NCBI GenBank assembly: GCA_026387085.1
Contig: JAPLMK010000093.1
Location: 1 to 47,985 of the forward strand
Length of the DNA stretch: 47,985 bases
Reading direction: 5' to 3'
DNA from: Candidatus Omnitrophota bacterium
GTDB taxonomy: Bacteria; Ratteibacteria; UBA8468; MWAK01
Part shown: positions 1-9,240 of the stretch, piece by piece
Layout: every line of letters starts with the position of its first letter
Position numbering within the stretch: the stretch's first letter is position 1
Program-made: the position numbers and the translations under genes
Notes under the pieces: model-generated
Databases searched by the model: none
Told to the model about the DNA's origin: nothing
What the model saw: only the letters and a program-made list of their open reading frames with translations

Positions 1-13
1 GCGCCGCAAATAA
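1..13 (+). CDS. rplB: 3' end of 50S ribosomal protein L2 (partial, starts before the window)
   Basis: Frame 2 reads R-R-K-stop (TAA 11-13), 14 nt before rpsS. The basic C-terminus and operon position fit L2, but only 3 codons are visible. Confidence 0.3.
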
Positions 14-27
14 CAGAGGATATAAAG

Positions 28-312
28 ATGAGCCGGTCGTTAAAAAAAGGACCAATGATCGACCAGAAACTTCTCAAGAAAATTGAGAAGGTGAAGAAAG
101 GCGGACGCAAGGAACAGATTCGCACCTGGAGTCGTTCCAGCCAGATTAGTCCGGAGTTTGTGGGGATGACGATGGCTATTCATAACGGCAAGGTTTTTAT
201 CCCGGTTTACATTACGGAAAATATGGTCGGGCATCGTTTGGGTGAATTTTCGCCTACGCGCACTTTCCGTCATCACGGGATGCATACAGAGCGCTCAATC
301 ACGAAAAAATAA
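28..312 (+). CDS. rpsS: 30S ribosomal protein S19
   Basis: [10 protein letters not shown]-terminus and [29 protein letters not shown] core are typical of S19. Operon position fits. Confidence 0.95.
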   Translation: MSRSLKKGPMIDQKLLKKIEKVKKGGRKEQIRTWSRSSQISPEFVGMTMAIHNGKVFIPVYITENMVGHRLGEFSPTRTFRHHGMHTERSITKK

Positions 313-335
313 TCATTTATCCGGATTTTAATAAT

Positions 336-680
336 ATGGCTACCGTGTCAGCGAAAACAAAGTACGTGAGAATCAGTCCTCAGAAAACAAGGGAAGTGCT
401 TTATCTGGTGGAAGGAAAGTCTCCGCTGGAGGCGCTCGGAATCTTAAAAAATCTGCCTCAGCGGCCGGCTCAGCATATTGCCCGGACTATTGCTTCGGCG
501 CTGGCTAATGTCCGCAGCCGGAAATTTTCCGAAGAAAATTTTCGTTTGAAAAGTTTGGTGGTGGAACAGGGTCCGCGCCTGAAGCGCTTTCGGCCGGCTT
601 CCATGGGGAAGGCCGTTTCGGTAGTGCACCGCACGTCGCATTTAAAAGTGGTTTTATCGGACGAATGGGACAAAAAGTAA
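336..680 (+). CDS. rplV: 50S ribosomal protein L22
   Basis: 114 aa with AKTKYVRISPQKTREV and KRFRPASMGKA..V.HRTSHL motifs. Lies between S19 and S3. Confidence 0.93.
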   Translation: MATVSAKTKYVRISPQKTREVLYLVEGKSPLEALGILKNLPQRPAQHIARTIASALANVRSRKFSEENFRLKSLVVEQGPRLKRFRPASMGKAVSVVHRTSHLKVVLSDEWDKK

Positions 681-1300
681 ATCCAATTTCATTTCGCCTT
701 GGTTTTATCGAGAACTGGCGTTCCAACTGGTTTCAACACCGGAGAATGGGACCGTTTATTCTGGAGGATTATCAGATTCGAAAGTACCTGGCTAAGCGTT
801 TTCCGGATAGCGGGGTAACCCGGGTCGATATTGACCGCTTGGTTGATATTGTCCGCGTTAAGATTAAAGCAAACCGGCCGGGATTGATTATCGGTCGCAA
901 GGGAGCTGAAATAAACACCGTGAGCTCCGAATTGCGTAAGATTTGTTCCAAAGAGGTGACAATTGACGTTACCGAAACGCAAAACTCGGCGACTGATGCG
1001 ACTTTTGTGAGCGGCAGCATCGCGGCGCAACTGAGCCAGAAGGGCCGTTCCTTCCGTTATGTTTGCAAACGGACAATTGAAACTGCCATGCAGCAGGGTG
1101 CCGGCGGGATTAAGATTAAGATATCCGGCCGGTTGGGTGGTGCGGAGATAAGCCGTTGTGAAACCTATAAACAGGGAAAGATACCGCTTCATACCCTGAT
1201 CGCTATAATTGATTATTCCAGCGCGACCGCCTTTACCACCTATGGAACTATCGGGGTGAAGGTTTGGATTTATAAAGGGAACGCTAAAGAGAAGGTATAA
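665..1300 (+). CDS. rpsC: 30S ribosomal protein S3
   Basis: MGQKVNPISFRLG N-terminus and a KH-domain GRKGAEI motif. Overlaps the rplV end by 16 nt. Confidence 0.95.
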   Translation: MGQKVNPISFRLGFIENWRSNWFQHRRMGPFILEDYQIRKYLAKRFPDSGVTRVDIDRLVDIVRVKIKANRPGLIIGRKGAEINTVSSELRKICSKEVTIDVTETQNSATDATFVSGSIAAQLSQKGRSFRYVCKRTIETAMQQGAGGIKIKISGRLGGAEISRCETYKQGKIPLHTLIAIIDYSSATAFTTYGTIGVKVWIYKGNAKEKV

Positions 1301-1308
1301 CCATAACG

Positions 1309-1716
1309 ATGGCTTTAATACCAAAACGCGTTAAATTCCGGAATATGCACGGCGGCCGGACTACCGGAAAGGCTACTTCCGGAAACGAACTTTCTTTCGG
1401 CGAGTGCGGCTTGTTGGCGCTGAAGCCCGGTTATTTCACGGAACGGCAGATTGAGGCGGCCCGGGTAGCGGCCACGCACCACCTGAAGGGAAAAGGCAAG
1501 TTGTGGATTCGTGTTTTCCCGGACCGGCCCACCACTAAGAAACCGGCGGAAGTCAGGATGGGAAAAGGGAAAGGTGATTTGTTTCAATGGACGGTGCGTA
1601 TTCTGCCGGGCCGGGTAATTATGGAGTTAACCGGGGCCGGAGTGGATGAGATGAAAGAAGCGTTGCGGTTGGCTTCCGGTAAGTTCCCGTTGGCGACTCG
1701 CGTCATAACCCGATGA
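1309..1716 (+). CDS. rplP: 50S ribosomal protein L16
   Basis: PKRVKFRNMHGGR start and RMGKGKG motif. Confidence 0.95.
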   Translation: MALIPKRVKFRNMHGGRTTGKATSGNELSFGECGLLALKPGYFTERQIEAARVAATHHLKGKGKLWIRVFPDRPTTKKPAEVRMGKGKGDLFQWTVRILPGRVIMELTGAGVDEMKEALRLASGKFPLATRVITR

Positions 1717-1907
1717 AAAAAAAAGATTTTGATGATTTAAAAAAGTTGGGCGAACTCGAACTTCGGGAAAAGCTCACCGCATTGAAAAATGATCTCTATC
1801 GTCTGCGGATGCAGTTGCGGTTAGGGCAGACAAAGGATAATGCGGCTATTAGTTTAACCCGGAGGGATGTTGCCCGCGTGCTCACGCTTTTGAAGCAAAA
1901 ACGATAA
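1713..1907 (+). CDS. rpmC: 50S ribosomal protein L29
   Basis: 64 aa with an L.ELREKL..LK.DLY.LRMQ pattern. ATGA overlap with rplP. Confidence 0.9.
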   Translation: MKKKDFDDLKKLGELELREKLTALKNDLYRLRMQLRLGQTKDNAAISLTRRDVARVLTLLKQKR

Positions 1908-1932
1908 AGGACTTTAGTTTTGATAACCTAAA

Positions 1933-2178
1933 ATGAAAAAGAAATTAGAGGGAATTGTAGTCGGTGATGGAATGGAGAAAACGCGGGTTGCCGTGGTGGA
2001 GCGATTCAGAAGACACCATTTATACCATAAAGAAATAAGAGTCAGGACCCGTTATAAGTTTCACGACCCCAAGAACGAAAGTCATACCGGCGACCGGGTT
2101 ATCATTGAGGAATGTCGGCCGCTGAGTAAGGACAAAAGATGGCGCCTGATAACTATAATTAAATTGGCATCCGGGTAG
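1933..2178 (+). CDS. rpsQ: 30S ribosomal protein S17
   Basis: 81 aa with L.G.VV.D.M.KT..V.VER....H.LY.K and H.GD.V.I.ECRPLSK motifs. Confidence 0.9.
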   Translation: MKKKLEGIVVGDGMEKTRVAVVERFRRHHLYHKEIRVRTRYKFHDPKNESHTGDRVIIEECRPLSKDKRWRLITIIKLASG

Positions 2179-2205
2179 TTTTGCGGATTAAGGAATAATT
2201 AAAAC

Positions 2206-2574
2206 ATGGTTCAATTAAGAACGATTTTGGAAGTAGCCGATAATACTGGAGCAAAGAAAATTATGTGTTTCGGTATTCCAGGTGGTACCCGCAAGCGCAC
2301 GGCCGGCATCGGAGACGTGATTGTGGCTACGGTTAAGGACGCCCTTCCCGTCGGCTCCGTAAAAAAGAAAGAAGTAGTCCGGGCCGTAGTGGTGCGTACC
2401 CGGAACCGCATTGCCCGGGCGGATGGTTCCTATCTTTCTTTTGACCACAACAGCGCGGTTATTGTTGACGTGGACAATAACCCCAGGGGCACCAGGGTTT
2501 TTGGACCGGTTGCCCGGGAACTGCGGGATAAGAATTTCGCTAAAATCATTTCTTTGGCTCCGGAAGTGCTGTAG
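2206..2574 (+). CDS. rplN: 50S ribosomal protein L14
   Basis: [18 protein letters not shown]-terminus, 122 aa. Confidence 0.96.
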   Translation: MVQLRTILEVADNTGAKKIMCFGIPGGTRKRTAGIGDVIVATVKDALPVGSVKKKEVVRAVVVRTRNRIARADGSYLSFDHNSAVIVDVDNNPRGTRVFGPVARELRDKNFAKIISLAPEVL

Positions 2575-2597
2575 GGTTAAAATTTAAAAACAATATT

Positions 2598-2981
2598 ATG
2601 AAATTACGCAAGGGTGATTTTGTGCAGGTGATGACGGGCAAGGATAAGGGCAAAAAAGGCCGGATATTAAGGGTTTACCCCCAGAAAGATAAGGCCCTGG
2701 TGGAGGGTGTTAATTTTGTCAAGCGGCACACTAAACCGGGCCGGGTTGACCGCCAGGGCGGGATAATCCAGAAGGAGGCGCCGCTGGCGTTGCCCGGATT
2801 GAGTTATTTTTGTTTGAAATGCAATCATACGACACGGGTGCTGGCGTTGCCCGGATTGAGTTATTTTTGTTTGAAATGCAATCATACGACACGGGTTGGT
2901 TTTAAGTTTATCAGCGAGAATAAAATTAGATACTGCAAGAAATGCGGTGAATTGATTGAGAGTAGCCAGGGGAAACGATGA
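2598..2981 (+). CDS. rplX: 50S ribosomal protein L24, Cys-rich C-terminal variant carrying an internal 19-aa tandem duplication
   Basis: KOW motif KGD.V.V.TGKDKGKKG and RVGFKF core. CLKC (twice) plus CKKC knuckles. 127 aa against roughly 105 expected. Confidence 0.9.
   Translation: MKLRKGDFVQVMTGKDKGKKGRILRVYPQKDKALVEGVNFVKRHTKPGRVDRQGGIIQKEAPLALPGLSYFCLKCNHTTRVLALPGLSYFCLKCNHTTRVGFKFISENKIRYCKKCGELIESSQGKR
2783..2896 (+). repeat. Perfect 57-nt direct tandem duplication (2 copies) inside rplX
   Basis: 2783-2839 and 2840-2896 are identical by eye (gctggcgttgcccggattgagttatttttgtttgaaatgcaatcatacgacacgggt). The repeat is in frame and duplicates LALPGLSYFCLKCNHTTRV. Confidence 0.95.
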
Positions 2982-3523
2982 CACGAATTTTCGAAAGATA
3001 CCGAGATGAAATTGTTCCGAAATTGCAGGCGGAGTTTAAGCACAAAAACCGGATGGCGGTCGGCAAGATGCTGAAGGTGGTTGTGAGCGTCGGCCTCGGA
3101 AAAATTAACAAGGAAGAAAAGGCGGTAGAGGAGATTCTGGCTACCCTGGGCGCGATTACCGGTCAGAAACCGGTTATCAGGCGCGCCCGAAAATCGATCG
3201 CCAATTTTAATTTGCGCGAAGGAGATTTGGTCGGCGCTTTCGTAACTTTGCGCGGGAAAAGAATGTATGAATTCTTCGACCGGCTGGTGACCTTTGCCCT
3301 GCCGCGCGTGCGAGATTTCCGGGGTTTACCTCTTTCCGGTTTTGACCGGAGCGGAAACTATAGTTTTGGCATGACGGAACAGACCGTTTTTCCGGAAGTA
3401 GACTACAATAAAGTAGAAAAGGTTTTTGGAATGAACATAAATCTGGTATGTAACGCTAAAAATAAGGAAGAGGCGAAGGCGTTGTTGATTGCCTTGGGTT
3501 TACCTCTAGATAAAGGAATATAA
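2978..3523 (+). CDS. rplE: 50S ribosomal protein L5
   Basis: 181 aa with a PRVRDFRGL....FD..GNYSFG..EQ..FPE motif. ATGA overlap with rplX. Confidence 0.95.
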   Translation: MTRIFERYRDEIVPKLQAEFKHKNRMAVGKMLKVVVSVGLGKINKEEKAVEEILATLGAITGQKPVIRRARKSIANFNLREGDLVGAFVTLRGKRMYEFFDRLVTFALPRVRDFRGLPLSGFDRSGNYSFGMTEQTVFPEVDYNKVEKVFGMNINLVCNAKNKEEAKALLIALGLPLDKGI

Positions 3524-3705
3524 TGGCGAGAAAAGCGTTGTTGCAGAAAAATTTACATCCTAAGTACCCGGTACGACATCGCAACCGGTGTTTAATCTGC
3601 GGAAGACCGCGCGGTTATTTGCGCCGGTTCGGTTTGTGCCGAATCTGTTTTCGCGAGCGTGCCAGCCGTGGTGAAATTCCTGGTGTGGTGAAGTCCAGCT
3701 GGTAA
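3523..3705 (+). CDS. rpsN: 30S ribosomal protein S14, zinc-binding type Z
   Basis: 60 aa with [23 protein letters not shown] (CxxC...CxxC) and C-terminal KSSW. Confidence 0.93.
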   Translation: MARKALLQKNLHPKYPVRHRNRCLICGRPRGYLRRFGLCRICFRERASRGEIPGVVKSSW

Positions 3706-3751
3706 TCGGGTCTGTTTTGGAAGGACGTTTGTTATTATAAGCGAGGGGATA

Positions 3752-4150
3752 ATGGTTAACGACCCAATTGGTGATTTGTTGATACGTATCAAGAACGGCG
3801 GAAGCGCTAAGAAGACGGAAATCAAGGTGCCTTCCTCGCGCATGAAAGAAGCAATCCTCAAGATTCTTTCCGGTTCGGGGTTTGTGTCCGGTTATGAATT
3901 ACGGGAAAAATCCGGTCGGAAGGAATTAGTGGTGAAATTAAAATACGACGCTAATTCTGTTCACGCGATTAAAGGCGTAAAAAGAATGAGCACTCCCGGT
4001 TGCCATATTTATATTGCCAGTTCCGAAATTAATCAGCAAATTAGGGGACGGGATAAACTGGGAATTATTTCCACTTCCCGGGGTGTAGTGTCGCATTACG
4101 AAGCCAAAAAACAAGGATTGGGCGGCAAATTTCTGGCGCTTGTCTGGTAG
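3752..4150 (+). CDS. rpsH: 30S ribosomal protein S8
   Basis: NDPIGDLLIRIKNG N-terminus and a GG..LA.VW C-terminus. Confidence 0.95.
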   Translation: MVNDPIGDLLIRIKNGGSAKKTEIKVPSSRMKEAILKILSGSGFVSGYELREKSGRKELVVKLKYDANSVHAIKGVKRMSTPGCHIYIASSEINQQIRGRDKLGIISTSRGVVSHYEAKKQGLGGKFLALVW

Positions 4151-4280
4151 TAGGATGTGTCTTTCATGAAAAGAAGGTGTTCAGTTAACAAAACTTAATT
4201 TTTGTTTTTCTCAAGTGAAGATTGTCTCTTTTGTGTACTTTGCGTACTATTTTTAGTTTTAAACTAGCAAGCGAGGATGT

Positions 4281-4435
4281 TGGTTCGCGGAACTTAGCGT
4301 AGAGACGGAAACAAGACAAGCAATACGGAGGTTTGAGTATCCGGGGTCTCGCCTTGAAGTACAAGGCGGAAACACGGAGAGGCTCAAGCCGGAGTTGAGT
4401 GGTCTTGTCCGGCTCGAAGATTGTTCAGCGAACCA
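4281..4435 (+). ncRNA. Unclassified rod-like structured element in the abnormally long rpsH-rplF spacer (structured RNA or palindromic repeat insertion)
   Basis: Nested helices found by hand: 4281-4288/4428-4435 and 4290-4293/4423-4426; 4306-4308 plus 4311-4317 with 4402-4411; 4330-4337/4383-4390; 4340-4343/4375-4378; 4350-4355/4363-4368. No ORF. Strand assumed from the operon. Confidence 0.4.
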
Positions 4436-4453
4436 GATATCTGAGCGCCCATT

Positions 4454-5038
4454 ATGGCGAAATTAGGCAAACGACCGATTACGATTCCCGAAGGCGTGAA
4501 AGTTTCCCTGGAAACCGGTGTTTTAAACATGGTCGGACCGGCGGGTAAATTGAGCGTAGCTATTCCGCCAACCCTTTTGGTGGTTTTGGATAAAGAAAAG
4601 ATCAGGGTTAATTGCGCGGTTATGGCTCAGGGTTTTGCTAAGAAGGCGGAGCGAAAATTAGAGGGAGTGCGAGGGCTTATCCGCTCTTTAATTAACAGCC
4701 GGTTAGTTGCCGTTAAAAACGGTTGCCTTAAAAAACTTGAGGTAATCGGGGTGGGTTATCAGGCCGAAGTAAAAGGGAAGGAATTAGTTCTTAAGGTCGG
4801 TTTTTCCCATCCGATTAAACTTGTCATTCCCGAAGGTATAAAAGTAGTGGTGGAAAAGATTTTGATTACTATTTCCGGAGTTAATCCGGAAATAGTGGGT
4901 AATTTTGCCGCCCGGATAAGATTGGTAAAGCCGCCGGAACCTTACGGAGGCAAAGGTATACGTTATCAGGGGGAATATGTCCGGCATAAGGTCGGAAAGA
5001 CCGCCGGCGCGGCCGGAGCCACCGGTGGAGCCAAATAA
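4454..5038 (+). CDS. rplF: 50S ribosomal protein L6
   Basis: GKRPI.IP.GV.V start, VGYQAEVKG and PEPYGGKGIRY motifs. No obvious Shine-Dalgarno in the 20 nt upstream. Confidence 0.93.
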   Translation: MAKLGKRPITIPEGVKVSLETGVLNMVGPAGKLSVAIPPTLLVVLDKEKIRVNCAVMAQGFAKKAERKLEGVRGLIRSLINSRLVAVKNGCLKKLEVIGVGYQAEVKGKELVLKVGFSHPIKLVIPEGIKVVVEKILITISGVNPEIVGNFAARIRLVKPPEPYGGKGIRYQGEYVRHKVGKTAGAAGATGGAK

Positions 5039-5071
5039 CGGTAAGCGCACATTAAGGATAAAATCAAAATA

Positions 5072-5440
5072 ATGATTAAAGATAAAAAAGAACGGCGTCA
5101 CATGCGGCATCGGCGGTTTATCAAACGGCTGATACCCGGGGGTACAAAGCCGCGGATTTTAGTGCGGAAAAGCTTAAAGTATATTTACGCGCTTTTAATT
5201 GATGATGCAAAAGGAAAGGTAATTTTAACTGTTTCCAGCATGTCTCAGATACCGGCCGGCGATTTGAAAAAAAACAGCCGGAAGAATGTGGCGGCTGCGG
5301 AATTGGTAGGTAAGGCAATGGCTGAGGCCGCTTTGAAAGCCGGCTATCAGGAAGTTATTTTTGACCGCGGCGGGTATCTTTATCACGGAAAAGTAAAGGC
5401 GCTTGCGGAAGCAGCCCGGGCAGCCGGACTTAAGTTCTGA
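5072..5440 (+). CDS. rplR: 50S ribosomal protein L18
   Basis: 122 aa with a FDRGGYLYHGKVKALAEAAR..GL.F C-terminus. Confidence 0.93.
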   Translation: MIKDKKERRHMRHRRFIKRLIPGGTKPRILVRKSLKYIYALLIDDAKGKVILTVSSMSQIPAGDLKKNSRKNVAAAELVGKAMAEAALKAGYQEVIFDRGGYLYHGKVKALAEAARAAGLKF

Positions 5441-5464
5441 TACAAAAACGGAATTGTCTAAAAA

Positions 5465-5947
5465 ATGGTAGAAAAAAAACGTAAAAAAAGCGGTAATTTT
5501 AAGCGGAAAAAATTCGGTAATGATGGTTCTTACGAAAAAGTTGTGCGTATTAACCGGATTAGCAAGACGGTTGCCGGCGGACGCCGCATGCGTTTTAATG
5601 CCCTGGTAATCGTGGGAGATAAAAAAGGCAAGGTCGGTGTTGGTTTAGCCAAAGCAAAAGAAGTTTCGCTGGCGATCGATAAAGCCCGGCGGTTGGCTCT
5701 GCGGCACATGGCTGTTGTGGTTATGGACGGAAATACCATACCGCATGAGATGCTGGTAAAATTTAAGGCGGTAAAGATTCTTCTGAAGCCGGCCCGGCGC
5801 GGCCGGGGAATTGTAGCGGGTCAAACTCTGCGCGCGGTCGCGGAAGCGGCTGGCATTAAGGACCTGGTAACAAAAATCATCGGAAGCACCAATCCGGTTA
5901 ATGTGGCTAAAGCAGCCATGAAAGGGTTGACTGGTTATCTGCCATGA
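5465..5947 (+). CDS. rpsE: 30S ribosomal protein S5 (Lys-rich N-terminal extension)
   Basis: V.INR..K.V.GGR...F.ALVIVGD..G.VG.G..KAKEV motif. Confidence 0.93.
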   Translation: MVEKKRKKSGNFKRKKFGNDGSYEKVVRINRISKTVAGGRRMRFNALVIVGDKKGKVGVGLAKAKEVSLAIDKARRLALRHMAVVVMDGNTIPHEMLVKFKAVKILLKPARRGRGIVAGQTLRAVAEAAGIKDLVTKIIGSTNPVNVAKAAMKGLTGYLP

Positions 5948-6483
5948 AATTAAACGAAATTGGAAGACCAAAGGGAAGCAATAAGAAGGTAAAAAGACGG
6001 GGCCGGGGCGGCGCGAGCGGGCACGGCGGTACATCAACCCGCGGACACAAGGGACAAAAGTCACGCACCGGCGGCGGCGTAAGGCCGGGATTCGAAGGCG
6101 GGCAGATGCCCTTAATCCGCCGGATTCCTAAACTCGGCTTTACTTCGCGGCGCAAAGACCGGTACCAGATTATAAACGTAGAAGACCTTTCCCGTTTTCC
6201 GGAAAATACCCTGGTGAATCACGAAGTTCTTTTTTCGGCCGGCTTGATTAAAAAAAGGTTGCCGGTTAAAGTGCTGGGATACGGTGATTTGAAAATTTCC
6301 CTTAAGGTAGAGGCCGGTTTCTTCAGCAAGCAGGCCGAAAAAAAGATAACCGAGGCCCAAGGCCAGGTGATCTTTGTTAAGGTGAAGAGTTCGAAAACCA
6401 AAGAGGAAGAGCGGAACGCGAAAGCGAAAACCCCACCCCCGGAAATAAAAAAACTAAAAGAGAAATCGAAAAAGAAATTATAA
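5944..6483 (+). CDS. rplO: 50S ribosomal protein L15 (Lys/Glu-rich C-terminal extension)
   Basis: RRGRGGASGHGGTSTRGHKGQKSR motif. ATGA overlap with rpsE. No rpmD lies between S5 and L15. Confidence 0.92.
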   Translation: MKLNEIGRPKGSNKKVKRRGRGGASGHGGTSTRGHKGQKSRTGGGVRPGFEGGQMPLIRRIPKLGFTSRRKDRYQIINVEDLSRFPENTLVNHEVLFSAGLIKKRLPVKVLGYGDLKISLKVEAGFFSKQAEKKITEAQGQVIFVKVKSSKTKEEERNAKAKTPPPEIKKLKEKSKKKL

Positions 6484-7800
6484 ATGGCAAATTTATCCCC
6501 GTTTCGTGACAGCCTGAAAATTCCAGACCTCCGGAGGAAAATCCTGATTGTGCTGGGGCTATTGTGTGTCTACCGGTTTGGTTGTTACATTCCGGTTCCC
6601 GGTATTGACGGCCAGGCGCTTTCTCAATTCTTCAACCAGGTCCAGGGGACTCTTTTTGGCGTGGCTGACCTTTTTACCGGGGGCGCTCTTTCCCAGGCGA
6701 CCATTTTTGCTCTGGGCATCATGCCCTACATTTCCGTCTCCATTGTTCTGGAACTTTTGACTACGATGGTGCCGGCTCTGGAGCAAATGGTTAAGAGCGG
6801 CGCGGACGGGCGGAGAAAACTTACCCAGATGACCCGTCAGCTAACCGTAGTTTTGTGTCTTTTTCAGGGTATGATGGTCAGTCTCTGGCTGGAAAATCCG
6901 GCTAGTTTCGGCGGAGTTAAGATTGTGGCTGACCCCGGCTGGTCATTCCGTATTATTGCCACGCTTACCCTGACTGCCGGTACAATTTTCCTGATGTGGC
7001 TGGGAGAGCAGATTACCGAGAAAGGCATCGGTAACGGAATCTCCCTGATTATCAGTCTGGGCATCATCTCCCGCTATCCGACTGCGGTTAAGCAGGTAAT
7101 CGAGCTAATGCAGCAGGGAAGGCTTTCCGGTTTAAGTATTATTCTGATGCTGATTTTGATTGTCGTGGTAGTCGGAGCCACTATTCTTTTGTTGGAGGGA
7201 GAACGCCGCGTCCCGGTTCAGTATGCCCGAAGGGTTGTGGGCCGGAAGCAGTACGGCGGGCAGAACACCTATCTGCCGGTTAAGATTAACCAGGGTGGTG
7301 TCATCCCGCTTATTTTCGCGGTATCCATCCTGATGTTTCCCGCTACTATTTTGCGTTTTTACAAGGGCGCTTTCGCCGTGAAACTTACCGGCCTGCTGGA
7401 CCAGGGCGGATTATTGTATAATTTTCTGTACGCGGCCCTGACAATTTTCTTCTGTTATTTTTACGCCGCGGTAAGTTTTAAGCCGGAAAAGGTAGCCGAT
7501 GATCTTCGTAAATACGGCGGTTTTGTCGCCGGTATCCGACCCGGTCGCGCCACCAGCGAATATCTGGAGAAAATTTTACTTTTCGTTACCCTGCCCGGAG
7601 CGGTCTTTCTGGTCACAATTGCTCTTTTTCCGCACCTTATTACGCGTGTTTTTAAGATTCCATATCTGGTCAGCAGTCTTTTCGGCGGAATCGGTTTGCT
7701 GATTGTGGTGGCGGTGTTGATTGAGACGATGCGTCAGATTGAGGCGCATCTTTTAATGCGCCATTACGAGGGATTTCTGAAGAAGGCCCGCATCCGATAA
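6484..7800 (+). CDS. secY: Preprotein translocase subunit SecY
   Basis: 438 aa and about 10 TM helices, with LGIMPYISVSI and MWLGEQITEKGIGNG motifs. Canonical position after rplO. Confidence 0.96.
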   Translation: MANLSPFRDSLKIPDLRRKILIVLGLLCVYRFGCYIPVPGIDGQALSQFFNQVQGTLFGVADLFTGGALSQATIFALGIMPYISVSIVLELLTTMVPALEQMVKSGADGRRKLTQMTRQLTVVLCLFQGMMVSLWLENPASFGGVKIVADPGWSFRIIATLTLTAGTIFLMWLGEQITEKGIGNGISLIISLGIISRYPTAVKQVIELMQQGRLSGLSIILMLILIVVVVGATILLLEGERRVPVQYARRVVGRKQYGGQNTYLPVKINQGGVIPLIFAVSILMFPATILRFYKGAFAVKLTGLLDQGGLLYNFLYAALTIFFCYFYAAVSFKPEKVADDLRKYGGFVAGIRPGRATSEYLEKILLFVTLPGAVFLVTIALFPHLITRVFKIPYLVSSLFGGIGLLIVVAVLIETMRQIEAHLLMRHYEGFLKKARIR

Positions 7801-7807
7801 GACGTTG

Positions 7808-8482
7808 ATGAATTTAAACAAAGAATGCGTTTTAAAAAATAGAGCGGTGGTTTTTTTTGGCCCGCCCGGCGTGGGAAAAGGCACGATTACCACCCGGCTC
7901 GCCAAGGAGTTTAAGTGCCGGACGATCTCTTCCGGCGACCTCCTGAGCGAGAACGTGAAAGGCGGGACAGATTTGGGTCACCAGGCGAAAAAGTTTATGG
8001 ATTCAGGCGGCCTGGTTCCCGACCAGCTGGTTACCAGAATGGTGGTGGCCGGTCTGGAGAAGACAGACGGTTGTGTTTTTCTGGACGGTTTTCCGCGCAC
8101 CAGCATTCAGGCGGAAGAGTTGGCCGCATACCTGAAAAAAAGAGATTGGGAGCTTCTGGTAGTTGACCTGGAAGCGGATGACCGGTTTTTGATGGAACGC
8201 CTTACCGGCCGGCTTATCTGCCGGGATTGCGGAGCCATCTATCACCGGATTAATCTGACGCCGAAAAAAGAAGGTGTTTGCGATATCTGCGGCGGAGGTC
8301 TTTACCAACGGGCGGATGACCGGCCGGATGTTGTTACCGCAAGGCTTTCGGTTTATCATCAGCAGTCGGCTCCGCTGCGGGACTATTACCAGAAACTGGG
8401 TTTGATGGTGACGTTGCGCGGAGACACTGTTTTAGATGAAACGCTTGCCGCCGTGCGCAGAATTTTGGTAAATATTCCGTAA
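7808..8482 (+). CDS. adk: Adenylate kinase with zinc lid
   Basis: GPPGVGKGT P-loop and lid CRDCGAIYH...CDICGG. ATG at 7808 preferred over the TTG at 7805 in the ORF track. Confidence 0.93.
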   Translation: MNLNKECVLKNRAVVFFGPPGVGKGTITTRLAKEFKCRTISSGDLLSENVKGGTDLGHQAKKFMDSGGLVPDQLVTRMVVAGLEKTDGCVFLDGFPRTSIQAEELAAYLKKRDWELLVVDLEADDRFLMERLTGRLICRDCGAIYHRINLTPKKEGVCDICGGGLYQRADDRPDVVTARLSVYHQQSAPLRDYYQKLGLMVTLRGDTVLDETLAAVRRILVNIP

Positions 8483-8505
8483 ACACTGTATTTTTTATAA
8501 TTATC

Positions 8506-9240
8506 GTGAGGCACGAGGCGAAATTACGGCGCATGAAGGAAGCCGGACGCATCGTCGGATTAACTCGTCGGTATCTTGCGGAATTAATCGTTCCGGGCAT
8601 CGAAACCGGCGAACTGGATCGGCGGGCCGGGGAGTTTATAGAAAAGGAAGGCGGGAGAGCGGCGTTTAAAGGGTATCATGGTTTTCCCGCGTCAATCTGT
8701 GTTTCAATCAACGAAGTTGTGATTCACGGAATTCCCGGAGAAAGACGGCTTTTAGAAGGCGATATCGTCAGCGTTGATTTAGGCGTGGAGAAGGATGGTT
8801 TTTTTGCCGACGGCGCCGCAACTTTTCCGGTCGGTGTAATTTCCAAGGAGAAAGAAAAATTGATTGCGGTGACCCGCGCATCCCTTTGGGCGGCGCTCGG
8901 AAAGATAAAATCCGGACTGTCGGTAGACGATATCAGTTTTGTGGTTGAAAATTCAGTTCAAGCCGCCGGTTTTTCGGTGGTTAAATCTTTTTGCGGGCAC
9001 GGCATCGGCCGTCGGTTACACCAGAGTCCGGAAGTGCCGAATTTTGTAAGCGGAAATGATTTTCGTTTATACCCCGGACTTGGCTTAGCGGTCGAACCTA
9101 TGGTAAACTATAAGGGAGCAGAGGTGAAAGTTCTGTCTGACGGCTGGACGGTGGTAACTGTCGACGGAAGTCCCTCGGCCCATTTCGAGGAAACGGTAGT
9201 TGTGCTGAAAGATGGTTGTGAGGTCGTGACTGCAATATGA
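8506..9240 (+). CDS. map: Methionine aminopeptidase type I
   Basis: GTG start. Motifs ICVS.NEVV.HGIP, VD.G, GHGIGR..H and E..V. Operon position fits. Confidence 0.92.
   Translation: MRHEAKLRRMKEAGRIVGLTRRYLAELIVPGIETGELDRRAGEFIEKEGGRAAFKGYHGFPASICVSINEVVIHGIPGERRLLEGDIVSVDLGVEKDGFFADGAATFPVGVISKEKEKLIAVTRASLWAALGKIKSGLSVDDISFVVENSVQAAGFSVVKSFCGHGIGRRLHQSPEVPNFVSGNDFRLYPGLGLAVEPMVNYKGAEVKVLSDGWTVVTVDGSPSAHFEETVVVLKDGCEVVTAI

Noticed and set aside
4281-4435. Calling the rpsH-rplF structured element a 6S RNA, SRP RNA or known ribozyme
   Set aside because: Only a generic rod shape with a central internal loop is visible. I found no SRP domain IV motif (GGAA tetraloop context), hammerhead (CUGAUGA...GAAA) or other diagnostic core. 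It is kept as an unclassified candidate only.
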